Below are positions 31,309 to 43,340 of a stretch of 64,000 nucleotides of DNA, piece after piece. The stretch comes from a virus. The stretch covers positions 1-64,000 of the IMG/VR virus record IMGVR_UViG_3300050343_000268. One strand, written 5' to 3'. A program made the position numbers and the translations under genes. The notes under the pieces were generated by a model, which ran no database searches, had not been told where the DNA came from, and worked only from the letters and a program-made list of their open reading frames with translations. Positions within the stretch are counted from its first letter, which is position 1; every line of letters starts with the position of its first letter.

Positions 31309-34300
31309 ATGGCAAAGATTCAATTAAAGAAATCTACAATCCTAGATGGAGCAAACGCTTTAGAGCCAACTAACACACAGATGTTGTTTGGCGAACTTGC
31401 TGTTAATTACAACGCAGATGATCCTTGTATCTTTTTTAAAGATAGTGATGAAAGTATTATTCGAATTGCAGGAAAGAACGCAATTGGGAACAGGGCGATT
31501 GATATTGAAGGCTATCCAACATTAACTGATGGTCTGGGAGCTGAACTAGATGATAGATATTTAAAACTTAATTCAACAGGCACACAAGTAATTGGAACAA
31601 CAGGTCTTACAGAATTCAGTGGTGGTATTAAGGTCGCTGATAGTGATACAAATCTACTTGAGCTCTCTGAAGGTGGTAGCTCGAAAGTTGTGGTCACAAA
31701 TGATGGAAAAATGGGTGTAGGTACATCCACGCCTACAAATGTGTTGCAAGTAGTAGGTACGGTTGCAGCAACCACTGCAACAATATCTTCAAACCTTACA
31801 GCGGCTCAAATCATTTCGACAGTAGCAGATGGTACTTCACCGCTATCTGTGACAAGTACAACAAGAGTAAACAATTTCAATTCAGATACTGTTGATGGTC
31901 TACATGCCGCAAGTTTTTTAAGATCTGATATAGATATTGTTGCTAGTAACAAGATTACGTTTTCTGATGAAATCACAGTAAATAGTGATGTCAAGTTAAT
32001 CACAGACAGCAAAGTAATATTCGGTTCTAATGACTTGGATATGTATGCCAGTTCAGATGGTAGCTTTTATATAGATAATAAAACTGATAATAATATTAAA
32101 ATCCGAGAAGATGGTGTCAATTCTATCATTATTGATACTGCTAGTCGCATCGTAAAGCCCAGCGTTAATAATACAGGAAGTATTGGTACTTCAACTAGGA
32201 AATGGAACGCGGGATATTTACAAAATTTAGATAGCACAGGGACTATCACCGCTAATATTATTAACGCTACAACAATTACAGGAGCTATTAATGCTTCTAA
32301 TTTGACAGGAACTATTAATACAGCTAGGTTGCCTGCAACATACACTTTAGCTGATGGGATCACTATTGAGGCGACAGGTTCTCTTGGATACTTAACATTA
32401 AATGCTGACAAAAATATTGGATTAACAGCATCAGGATCAAACAGCTTTGTACGCTTTCGAGGCAACAATGGCCAAGGATCATATCGTTTCACAAAAGCCG
32501 GCCAATCAACAATTGAAGGCCTTCTAGATTTTGAAAGTTTAACAAGTGATAGAACATTTACCTATCCTGATATTTCAGGTACGATTGCGCTTACAACTTC
32601 CACAATTGATAATGCAGATAAAGTAGATAATTTGCATGCATCAAGTTTCATAAGATCAGATGCTGACGATTCAAAAACTGGTAATTTGATACTAGACACA
32701 GCAAGCAATACTAAGCATCTTTATATTGGCAGAACAGCTAGCACTGTTAATGAATATACAAAAATAGGTCGAGATGATGCCGCAACTATCTTTTATACAA
32801 AGAACGACGAAAGTTCATCAAGGGTTGTATTTCAATTCGAGAATACAGACACTGAAGGCGCTAACGTTGGAGCAAATTCTAGCAATAGAACCATTAAGTT
32901 AATCTCTAATCAAACTAATGCGTCAATAACTGTAGAAGATAATTTAGTTTGGCATGAAGGAAATGATGGAGCCGGTAGTTCTTTAGATGCAGACTTATTA
33001 GATGGTCAGCATGGTTCTTACTACACAGGATATACAGATACAGCTGTTGCTAATTTGATCGATAGTTCACCAGGAACTCTGAATACATTAAATGAATTAG
33101 CATCAGCATTGGGTGATGACGCTAACTTCTCAACAACGATCACAAATAGTCTTGCGACAAAACTGCCATTAGCTGGTGGCGCAATGACTGGCAATATCAC
33201 ATTTTCAGGAACACAAACAGTTGACGGTCGTGACCTTTCAGTTGATGGTTCAAAATTAGATGGTATTGAAACTGGGGCAACAGCCGATCAGACTGCATCT
33301 GAAATTCTTAACTTACTTAAAACAGTAGACACAAATGGCAGCGGACTTAATGCCGACAAACTTGATGGTCAACAAGGCAGTTACTATCAAGCAGCATCTA
33401 CTGCTGTCAATACAAGTACTACCTTTGGCGGAGATGTTGTAGGTACTTACAATGCTCTTGCAGTCGTAAATGATTCGCATACCCATGACACTAGGTATTT
33501 TACCGAGACGGAAGCGGATGCACGATTCCTTGGAATTACAGCTAAGGCTGCAGATTCAGATAAACTTGATAACTTAACCTCAGGATCATTCTTAAGGTCC
33601 AATGCTGATCATACATATACAGGTATCATTACTGGAAATAGATTACTGCTTGGTGGTAGTCAAATTGTAACTAGTACTGCTAAGTTACAGGTGAATGGGT
33701 TCATGAGAACCGGAAACATAAATCTTCATGAAGGGGGGAATAGCCCAAATTCAAACAATAAAGTTTTAAGCAATAATAGTGGAGTCTTACAGTGGGATGG
33801 GGATACAGTATGGACATCTTCTAATAATGGCGCAGGATCTTCATTGAATGCGGATCAGGTAGATGGATACGAAGGTGCAGATCTATTGAAGTCAAGCGAA
33901 AATGATTCTTTCAGTGGTAATTTGACCGGAAGTGGAACTATATATACTACCGGTACTTATATGGGTATTAAGGGGGACGGTGGTGGCGTCTGCCTAACAA
34001 CGAATGATGGCGGTGGTAATGCTAATGTTACCTTTAATCATAAAGCTTTGGTACCAGATCAAGCAGGTTCTTCAGGACGTATTGAATGTGCTGTAGATGG
34101 TGGCACTGCAGCAATGTATTTTGAATTAAAAGATAATGTAACAGCCGGTTCACTTCTACCGGATTAACCAATATATTGACATTAACAACGTCAAATTTTA
34201 CGGCATTTGGCAATACGGTGTGGCATGCAGGTAATCATGGAGCCACATCTACATTAGATGCTGATTTACTAGATGGCCAGCATGGATCGTACTACACGGG

Positions 34301-37300
34301 CTACACAGACACAGCTATTGCAAATCTCATTGCTTCTTCACCGTCGTCCCTCAACACACTCAATGAGTTAGCAGCGGCATTGGGAGATGATGCTAATTTT
34401 TCAACAACAATTACGGACAGTATTGGTTTAAAACTACCCAAGACTGGCGGTACAATGAGTGGCAATATTGTATTTACAGGGAGCCAAACCGTAGATGGCA
34501 GAGACTTATCTGTTGATGGTGCAAAATTAGATGGAATTGAAGCCGGTGCAACTGGAGATCAAACTGCAGCTGAAATTCTTAATTTACTTAAAACAGTAGA
34601 TACTAATACTAGCGGACTAAATGCTGATACTCTTGATGGCATTCAAGCCTCTAACTTTTTGAAGTCCAATGAAAATGATAGTTTTGAAGGTGATACATTA
34701 ACATTTAGTTCTAATACCATTGACCCCGTCATTTTAATACGAGGGACTGGTCCTAACTTTATAACATTCACATCGGGTGGGACATCAACGGTAGATTCTG
34801 ATTCTATCAATCTTATCTACAGATCAACTCCCAACACGTTAGGCTTTGAAAGAGCGTCAGACGACACTACTCTTTTCAGTGTAGACGCGGATAATGCACG
34901 GGCAACATTTAGCGAAAATATTGTTGTAGCAGGGACAGTAGAAGTTGGAGATATCCCTAATGATAAGTATGGCTCATTCCAGTATGCAACATCCGATGGA
35001 TATGGTTTTAATTGGGAATTTAATCAATCGGTCGTAATCGTAAACGAACAAGGTACAACCCATCAAGCACTTGTATTAGGGGATGTGAGTGCTAATAGTG
35101 GTAAGTCTGGATTATTTGGTATTTCTCACACAACAGACTCAGGCAGTACATGGACTAAAAAACTAGATTTGCAAGGTGATGGTGAACTTTTTATTGGAAC
35201 TACAGGTACTAGTAAGGTCTGGCACGCAGGCAATGACGGTGATACTAGTGGTTTGGACGCTGACTTACTCGATGGGCAAGAAGGTAGTTACTATCAAAAT
35301 GCAACGAACCTAACATCTGGATCAATTCCTGGTGCACGAATTACTGATATTGGAGACTCTCAAGCAAGAATTATTACTTTTGATAATCTAGAGAAAAGTA
35401 ATCTTACTGCTGATGGGCAACTAGGTTTTGATTCTTCTCAAGGACTACTTGTTTATCGAATACAACAAGGAACTTCCGGTGCTACTACAGCTGTTCTAGA
35501 TGGATGGAATGTTGCCGCAGGTACTGGCATATCAATTACCAACCTTGGAGCCGGAGGTACAACCACTGAAGAATTTACATTCAGTGTAACAAGCGCACCA
35601 AAATGGACTACAGCAAGAACTGTATCTTTAACTGGAAATGTAAGTGGATCAGCTTCAATTGACGGAAGTGCAAATGCTTCAATTAGTACGACTGTTAATA
35701 CTTTGGGTGATATTAACAACGAAACTCATACTTCTGATGGTCAGTACGATATAACACTATTTGGTGCTAAGGATGGTGCTGCTCAAAGTGGTGCCTTTAG
35801 TAGTAAACTAGTCCTCAAAGGTGGTAGTAGTCAGACAAGAAGTCTTGAACTGTTCCAAGACCGTGATGGTTATGCAACTATTAATACTTCTTATGCTTCT
35901 AACTACTTAGATTTTACTGGTTTTAATAGACTTAGATTAAATCAACAACTTGATTTAAATGGTAATAATATTATAGAAGTAGAAGATATTGGTCTAAGAC
36001 ATAGAATATTCCATGATGGTGATACTAATTGTTATATTGAATTCCATGCTAATGATCAATGGAGAGTCGTAACTGGTAATAATGAAAGATTAGAAGTTAA
36101 TAATACTCAAACAACCATTAATCAAAATGCAACTATAGTAGGATCAACTACTATCACAAAAGATGGAGATGCACTCAATTTAAGGTCAACAACTAATGGT
36201 GAACCTGTTCGTGTAACATTTAGTTCTGATGTTCCTGATGATCAGATTGGTCATATTGAATACAATCACCTAGATGCTGAATCATACGGCAGCTCTGAGG
36301 CATTTATTTTAGGTGGAACAGAAGTCACTAGGACTATTCTTGCTGATGGCAAGTTGATGTACAAAGAGGGTATATATTCTAAACCTGGATCGGGAACTGG
36401 TGCGGGTACAAGAAAAGATGCTAATTGGGATACTGCTCATGGGTGGGGTGATCACAGTGCTGCTGGTTATGCTCAGCTGAGCGGAGCAACTTTTACAGGT
36501 GATCTGAGGGTAGACAATGACGCAGACTTAAGGATCGGAGATGGATCCGCAAACGAAAGAATCCTAATCCAAAAAGCGGATAATGGCGTTTCTGATCATA
36601 TTATCTTTTACAACGGCACTACCCGCATGGGTGAGATTGGATGTCATGACACTACTTGGTTGAGACTCAACCAAACGACCAACAAAAACATCTACACCCC
36701 TCGCTACATCCGTGCAGATGGAGGTTTCTTTGTTGACGGTACGTCCAAAGGCATTAATGGCTCTGGTAACTTCACCGGAGGAACAATTGCAGGAGCTTCT
36801 GACTACTCAACTCTCTTGAGGTCTAATACTGACGACACCATGACTGGTGCGTTAACCATCACCGTTAATGACAAGGAAACTGGTGCATTACGTATTCTTG
36901 CTAACCAAACGAATCCTGCGCTGAATTATTACTTCGCCCAAGAGATTGAATCAACTCTATCTGGTTCAAACACATTTACCGGAGACCACCACCAGGGTGG
37001 ACTTTGGATTGATGTGGACTCTACTGCTACTGGCGGAGGTACCTCCCATGAACACCGCGCATACGGAATATTCGTTGACCTTGATGTCACAGGTGATGCT
37101 GATAATGCTTACGCAATATATGCTGACTCTACTGTCACCCCTACTACGGGAACAGTTACAAATGTAACTGGAGTTTATGGTCGTGCAGAAGACAACGGAG
37201 GTGCTGGTGCTGTAACTAATGTTATTGGTGTAAAAGGTGAAGCTGTCTCAGATAATTCTAATTCAGACATTAATAATATGTACGGAGGTTACTTTAAATC

Positions 37301-39277
37301 TACCAATATTGCTGATACTGGAACCATTAATGCTGCTCATGGATGTTACGCAGAAATAGAAATACCAAATAATACTGGCGATCATTACGGAACTATGTAT
37401 GTATTCCGAGCAGAATTTGATGATAATGATGACGTTGCACAGACTGGTACATCGTACTTATATTATGGTAACTATGCCGGAACTAACCCGACAGATGCTT
37501 GGGGTGTTCATATAGCTGACGATGTTCCAAATTATTTTGGTGGTAGCATCGGCATCGGTACATCAGCTCCAGCCGCAAAATTAGACGTAAATGGAAACAT
37601 CCATGGTACAAAACTTGCTGTTGGAACAGCATCTAATCCTGGAACTAACTTAGATATTTGTTTAGGTGCTGATAACGATACTGGATTCTCATGCCCTTCT
37701 GACGGTAATTTGAAGTTTTGGTGTAACAATTCTGAAGTTGCTTCATGGACAGCTAGTACTCTGGCTTTTGCCAAGGACACAACATTTAATGGTCGTGTCA
37801 ATATTCGTGGGCACTTAGACTTTGCTGATGAGGAATATGCTTACTTTGGTGGCAGTGACGATACAAGCATCAGACATAACAGCAACGGTTGGACATACGT
37901 TGACTTCAAACAAAATGGCATTGCCTTCCGAGACAACGGTGTAGACACAACTATATTAGAAGACTCAGGGATTTTTAGACCACAAGTTAGTGGCACAGGG
38001 TCTATTGGTACTGATACAAAATACTGGGGCGCTTCTTACTTTACTTCAGGAACATTCTCAACTAGTGGCAACCAATTATTGCTCCACAATCCAGATGATG
38101 AAACTGTTATTCATAGAAATGATGGAGGTATTTACTATATATTGTTGTCTGCTGCAGGAGCAGATCCATCAGGATCATGGTCCACCATGAGACCTTTTTT
38201 CATTAACCTCCAGACTGGTATGTTAGGTTCAGAGAACAGTCAGAAGTTTAGCGGCGGCACAACAATTGAAAATTCTCCTTTACTTGTTGAAAGTGACACT
38301 GGCAACTCTATTACATTAAGCACAAAAGTTGGCAATGGTAATGATTCAACATTTATAATCCAAAAATCCAGAGGTGGATCTGGTGGCCCATCTCAAATCA
38401 CAGCTGGTGATTCTCTGGGTCAAATCTTATGGAAAGGATATGATGCAGATTCGTACAATGATGCAGCATCTATCACGTGCGTTTCTACTGCTAATACTGG
38501 TGATTTTAATGCAAACCTTATATCAGTGTAGGAGGCAATGCATCTACATTCTCATCTTCAGGACTTGCAGTTACCGGAACCATTAATAGTACGGGAGAGA
38601 TTAAATCATCATCAAATAATATTCAAGTCGGTGAAGGAAGTGGCAGTCTTGCAATGACCATTAATGATGGTCAAGGTAATTGTAATCTTACTTTTAATCA
38701 TGCCTTTGGTGAACCTGATCAGAGTGGTAGTTCTGCTCGTATTGAAAGCCCTGTTGATGGTACAAATGCCAGACTAATATTTGAACTAAAGGATAGTGTT
38801 ACTGGAGGTACAAGCACAAATTTGACCAATATAATGACAATGGACCTTGGTGCGGTAACTGTCACAGGATCCATTAGTGCCACCGCAGATATCACTGCAT
38901 ATTCATCTGACAGACGATTGAAGGAAAACTTCAGAAGTATTGAAGAACCGATTGATAAAATTAAAAAACTAAATGGTTATATATTTGATTGGAACGACAA
39001 ATCTGAAGAAGTAGGTTTTAATCCTAGACGTAAAAAAGATGAAGTTGGCTTGATCGCTCAAGAGGTTCAAGATGTAATACCACAGGCGGTAGCACCCGCA
39101 CCCTTTGATTCCGAACTTAACCATGAAGGAACGGAATTCATTTCACTCTCTGGTGAAAACTATCTTACTGTTCAATATGAAAAGTTAGTGCCACTTTTAA
39201 TTGAATCAATTAAAGAACAACAAACACAAATTGATGAACTAAGACAAGAAATTAAAAACCTTAAAGGTGATAAATAA
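31309..39277 (+). CDS. Giant tail fibre with C-terminal peptidase S74 chaperone; ORFs 31309-34167, 34176-38531 and 38654-39277 are probably one gene
   Basis: Repeated WHxGNDG..LDADLLDG and LNTLNELAxALGDDANFSTT modules; SSDRRLKEN...GLIAQEV...YEKLVPLLIESIKE; the break at ~34150 is repaired by alignment to the internal paralog at ~38800. Confidence 0.85.
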
Positions 39278-40098
39278 TGGCATTACAATCATCTGGGTCA
39301 ATCTCACTATCAGAGATTGCTGCTGAGTTTGGCGGCTCTACGCCTCATAGCTTAAGCGAGTACTACGCTGCCGCTTCTGGTGTGCCATCCAGCGGCGCTC
39401 TAGATTTTTCTGATTTTTATGGAACAAGTTCCAGTTCTGGCCCCCCATCAAGTGGGCTAATCATGCACATGGAACCTAGTGCTTACAGTTCTGGTAGCAC
39501 TTGGAACGACTCCGAAGGAACAAATAATCAAATGACTAAAGTTGGTTCACCTTCTTATACCAGCAGTTCGCCTGAATATTTTACAACCAGTAATAGCAAC
39601 CATTGGCAAGTCACGACTAGACCTACTGGAAGTTACTCTTCTGCCACATTTATTGCATGGGTCTATAGGGGTGCATCCAAAACTCAAGGTATATTTGATA
39701 TAAGGTATGGGAACGGCACATCGTTTGGAATGGAGGTAGGTTACGACGGCGAAGAGTTTGGATACTTTTGGAACAATAATAATTCTGGTACTTATACTTA
39801 TCTGACAAATTTAGATACTCCACTCAATGCTTGGTGCATGGTAGGTGTTGGAGTTGACTCAAGTTCAGCTAAGTTTTTCATGAGAACATCCTCAGCTGAA
39901 TCTATTGACACTCGAACTTACACTCACTCATCGCAGACAATTGGATCAACTTCAACTATATATTATGGAGCAGATCCAGAAAGCTCATTTAGAGGTTGGG
40001 AAGGCCGCTTAGGTCACTTTTATATGTATAACAGGAAACTTTCTACATCAGAGTTCCAAACCATATACAATTTAAATAAGTCAGATTATGGGCATTGA
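39277..40098 (+). CDS. Tail fibre tip/receptor-binding protein with LamG/concanavalin-like domain
   Basis: MALQSSGSISLSEIAAEFGG N-terminus; TFIAWV...YMYNRKLS LamG pattern. Confidence 0.75.
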   Translation: MALQSSGSISLSEIAAEFGGSTPHSLSEYYAAASGVPSSGALDFSDFYGTSSSSGPPSSGLIMHMEPSAYSSGSTWNDSEGTNNQMTKVGSPSYTSSSPEYFTTSNSNHWQVTTRPTGSYSSATFIAWVYRGASKTQGIFDIRYGNGTSFGMEVGYDGEEFGYFWNNNNSGTYTYLTNLDTPLNAWCMVGVGVDSSSAKFFMRTSSAESIDTRTYTHSSQTIGSTSTIYYGADPESSFRGWEGRLGHFYMYNRKLSTSEFQTIYNLNKSDYGH

Positions 40099-40499
40099 AA
40101 ATGAATTTTGATATTAATTGGAGAGTTACAAATCTGACGCGAGACCTATCAGATGGCTACGTCAAAAAAGTAAATTACGTCGCTGAAATTGTTTATAAAG
40201 ATGCTGTCGAAGTTACACATTCTTATACCCGATCTAGCGAATTAAATCTTGACCGTCCTGAGACACTTATTGCATATAGTGACTTGACAAACGAATTAGT
40301 TGTTGGTTGGATCAAAGAACAGTTAGGCAATGAAAATTGTAAATTCATTGAAGAATCGCTGACTAAAGAAATTAATGAGCAAATGTCGCCAACTCTAGGA
40401 TATGGATTCCCTTGGCCTCGCGAAACAGTCGATGACTCCGCTGAAGATGATACTGAGGATGCAGGTGTAGATGAGAGTGAAGAAAACCCTAACGAATAG
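40095..40499 (+). CDS. Tail-fibre-associated protein
   Basis: WRVTNLTRDLSDG...IAYSDLTNELVVGWIKE...GFPW, typical of proteins next to marine phage fibres. Confidence 0.6.
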   Translation: MKMNFDINWRVTNLTRDLSDGYVKKVNYVAEIVYKDAVEVTHSYTRSSELNLDRPETLIAYSDLTNELVVGWIKEQLGNENCKFIEESLTKEINEQMSPTLGYGFPWPRETVDDSAEDDTEDAGVDESEENPNE

Positions 40500-40553
40500 C
40501 TGCCACTTTACTACTATTAAGTGACTATACTAATAGAGAGTTAATTTATAATC

Positions 40554-40742
40554 ATGGCTTGTAAAAAATCTGAATTTGTTACTGCTGTCAACAGCTATGC
40601 CGCTGCTCGTACAACAGGTGATGTTAATTTACAACGGCTTTCGGGAGCATTGCTAGAGCAGCTCCTCAATACCCTTGAATTTGCAGAAGAAGTAGTCGAA
40701 GGTGAAACAGAAGTGAGTGAATCGGAAGTTGTTCCTGACTAA
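40554..40742 (+). CDS. Small hypothetical protein
   Basis: 62-aa ORF; TATACT box upstream. Confidence 0.6.
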   Translation: MACKKSEFVTAVNSYAAARTTGDVNLQRLSGALLEQLLNTLEFAEEVVEGETEVSESEVVPD

Positions 40743-41200
40743 CTAGTTGCTAATTTAACTTCAGCATCTCGCCTTTTAACAAGGCCCAACAATGGGCCGG
40801 TATTCCCATTAACCCATTTTGGGAATTCTTCCTGAAAACACAATGCTTTCTTCTCGCCGTTATTGATACGACGAGTAAAAGTACTGTTTTCTAGTGCATT
40901 ACTGCCAACGTTAAATGCAAAACTTACAATTGCATCAAATTCATGTTGAGTTAGAACAGGTAAAATGATCTTGACGACCTGCTCTTCAAACCACATGAGG
41001 TCCTTGCGTAATAACTCTTCTGCATCATCTTCAGTAATTACCTGACCATCAAATACCTGCTGAGTGTGGCCATATCCAATCGTGAGTACTGAACTGGCGC
41101 AATAGTACGCTTTAAGCTCTAAGCCCTCAAAAGACTTGATAAGGTCAACACCAGCTTGTGATGTGCGGGTAGGCTCAACCGAATGAGCTCCCGCCTTTAC
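40739..41200 (-). CDS. GH24 lysozyme domain, reached by -1 frameshift from the upstream peptidase gene
   Basis: Frame is open from 41200: TSQAGVDLIKSFEGLELKAY...TIGYGHT...FDAIVSFAFNVG...GLVKRRDAE; no ATG before the catalytic Glu. Confidence 0.85.
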   Translation of the reverse strand, partial: VKAGAHSVEPTRTSQAGVDLIKSFEGLELKAYYCASSVLTIGYGHTQQVFDGQVITEDDAEELLRKDLMWFEEQVVKIILPVLTQHEFDAIVSFAFNVGSNALENSTFTRRINNGEKKALCFQEEFPKWVNGNTGPLLGLVKRRDAEVKLATS

Positions 41201-41206
41201 TTTTTT
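41165..41206 (-). other. Programmed -1 ribosomal frameshift signal
   Basis: In-frame A AAA AAG directly before TAA, then hairpin GCGGG-A-GCTCA-TTCGGT-TGAGC-CTA-CCCGC. Confidence 0.75.
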
Positions 41207-41907
41207 AGATTTGGATCACTAACATCCATATACCATCCACTACCTTCACCTTCAACAATCCAACGTGGGTTAAAGTTTTTGTAGCTGTATTTTATCCCTG
41301 CACCATCAAGGTTATTTGTATAGCCACCACTGCGAAGTGATGCTTCTCCATTTGGATCATTGACCACCCACACTTCGTTGTCGTCGTCATAGCCAATAAT
41401 TACTGAGTAATGACCAGACCCTGAAGGTGAGCTAACAGGCCCCTCAAATAACCAACCTACTGCTACTGGTTTTCCAGCATCAATAGCGTCTTTCAAGGCT
41501 CGTGTCGTACCGTCAAACTTAAACTCTGCATCAAGATTAAGAGACTTCAGAGTGTTAACTTGTGATTGCGCATTCGTTGTATCTCCATATTGCTTACGGA
41601 TCGCGTTGTAATCGTCATCATTATCTATCTTTCCGTAGTACATTGCAACCATTGCCATGCTACTTGAAAAGCATTCTCTAAATCCCGATCCCGATGAATT
41701 ATCATTTTGACTTTGAAATGGCACACTTAATATGGTGCTGCTTGTAACCCCAGGCTTGTCACGGTAGGTCTTAACCCAAGCGTGTTGATCATCTTTAAGC
41801 ACATCTCGCATCTGCTCGTACAAAACTTGCACACCAGCCTTTTGCTGAGGTTCTGATTTGTAATACTTGAAAAAGTTTTCAAACTCTTTGAATGATAGAT
41901 TAGCCAT
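41197..41907 (-). CDS. Endolysin-like peptidase C39-like protein
   Basis: LSVPFQSQND...RECFSSS...GHYSVIIGY...VNDPNG (Cys-His-Asp triad). Confidence 0.8.
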   Translation of the reverse strand: MANLSFKEFENFFKYYKSEPQQKAGVQVLYEQMRDVLKDDQHAWVKTYRDKPGVTSSTILSVPFQSQNDNSSGSGFRECFSSSMAMVAMYYGKIDNDDDYNAIRKQYGDTTNAQSQVNTLKSLNLDAEFKFDGTTRALKDAIDAGKPVAVGWLFEGPVSSPSGSGHYSVIIGYDDDNEVWVVNDPNGEASLRSGGYTNNLDGAGIKYSYKNFNPRWIVEGEGSGWYMDVSDPNLKK

Positions 41908-41965
41908 TTTATATTTCTATTCTTAAGCATTCTAACTACTACAATATAATAAATGAGTCTTTATT

Positions 41966-42241
41966 ATGACACCTGAAGAACGCACTGACTTCTGGAAAGC
42001 TGTAGAAAGTGGAGAAAATCCTCTATTGTCTGTACTTCACAACTTAGTTGAAAAATGGGGATTGCCTGCAATTATTATGTGTTTAGGTGATATTTCTAAT
42101 GTCTTATCTGAAGATGCTGAAACAGCACCACTAAGCCCAAATCAGCGTGGATTAATCTTAGGTGCTTGTGCTCAAGTGTGCGCTCTAAGTGATCAAATGC
42201 ATGCTGAGATGGATTTCCTTACTCTTACAGACAATGGATAA
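41966..42241 (+). CDS. Hypothetical protein
   Basis: 91-aa ORF; TACAAT box at 41940. Confidence 0.6.
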   Translation: MTPEERTDFWKAVESGENPLLSVLHNLVEKWGLPAIIMCLGDISNVLSEDAETAPLSPNQRGLILGACAQVCALSDQMHAEMDFLTLTDNG

Positions 42242-42362
42242 ACACGAGAAAGACAACTGGGCTAAAGTAAAAGATGCTCTGGAAAAAGCCAATAAAACTG
42301 ATTGTTATTTTTACAAACGTGCAGTAGCAATTATTGCAGGCAAACCGGACCCATTACAATAA
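42234..42362 (+). CDS. Small cyanophage-type hypothetical protein (42 aa, not in ORF track)
   Basis: MDKHEKDNWAKVKDALEKANKTDCYFYKRAVAIIAGKPDPLQ. Confidence 0.6.
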   Translation: MDKHEKDNWAKVKDALEKANKTDCYFYKRAVAIIAGKPDPLQ

Positions 42363-42385
42363 ATGTATAGTTTATAAATAATATT

Positions 42386-42685
42386 ATGGCTGCACGACTT
42401 CCGGTTCGGCCTAAAGCTAAAGCTCCTGCCAAGAGTAAAAAGAAGGGTGCTATGAAAGGCATGACTGTCAAAGGAGGACATAAACTTTCAGTTAAAGCTG
42501 GCGCAGGCCTTACCGAGAAGGGCCGTAAGGCAATTAACAAGAAGACTGGTTCTAACCTTAAAGCTCCCGCACCTAATGGTAAACCTGGAACAAAAGAAGG
42601 TGCACGTAAGAAATCATTCTGTGCTCGTTCTAAAGGATGGAAAGGTGAAAGAGGTAAAGCTGCACGAGCGAGGTGGAAATGCTAA
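42386..42685 (+). CDS. Lys-rich basic protein
   Basis: GLTEKGRK...GSNLKAP...RKKSFCAR...RWKC. Confidence 0.7.
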   Translation: MAARLPVRPKAKAPAKSKKKGAMKGMTVKGGHKLSVKAGAGLTEKGRKAINKKTGSNLKAPAPNGKPGTKEGARKKSFCARSKGWKGERGKAARARWKC

Positions 42686-42888
42686 TTCGTATGGCAGGTC
42701 AAGCATTAAAACCAATGGTAAATACAGGTGAAGGTTGTGCATCTAAGCCTGAAACTTATCCAGCAAAACCCCGTGGTGGAACAAGCCATGGCCCACAACT
42801 ACTAGGTCAAAAGTATGTCTAAACCAGCAAAGAAACCCGTAAAACCTAAAGGCAATTGCGGCTGTAAGCACAGTAAAGGTAAAAAGTA

Positions 42889-43302
42889 ATGGCTGACGGA
42901 ACTGCTAAAAAGAAAGATCCAGCAAAGTGGGCAGCTGCTAAATCAAGAGCTAAAGCCAAGATGGGTGGCAAGCACAGTGCTCGTGCGATGCAACTGGCAA
43001 CTAAATACTACAAAGATAGTGGTGGTAGTTATGCAGGTAAAAAACCTACTTCTAAAACTAATAAGCTCAAAAAATGGGGCAAAGAGAAGTGGCAAACCAA
43101 AGACGGTGCTGGTGACAAAGCCAAGCAGTCTGATGGTTCGACTAAACGATATCTTCCTAAGAAGGCTTGGAGCAAATTAACGCCGAAACAGAAAGCCGCA
43201 ACAGATGCTAAAAAACGAGCAGCATCTAAGAGTGGGCAGAAAGTGACACCAAACACGAAAGCTGCAAAAACTGCAGGCAAATCAGCTAGAAATTCTAAGT
43301 AG
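42889..43302 (+). CDS. Lys-rich basic protein
   Basis: HSARAMQLA..YK..GG.Y...LKKW.KEKWQTK...RYLPKKAW. Confidence 0.7.
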   Translation: MADGTAKKKDPAKWAAAKSRAKAKMGGKHSARAMQLATKYYKDSGGSYAGKKPTSKTNKLKKWGKEKWQTKDGAGDKAKQSDGSTKRYLPKKAWSKLTPKQKAATDAKKRAASKSGQKVTPNTKAAKTAGKSARNSK

Positions 43303-43340
43303 AAGCTTAGTTAAAATAATAGTAATGTAACTGCTTATGA

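Noticed and set aside
34140-34180. Tail fibre break as a programmed frameshift
   Set aside because: No slippery site; a one-base correction restores alignment to the internal paralog near 38800.
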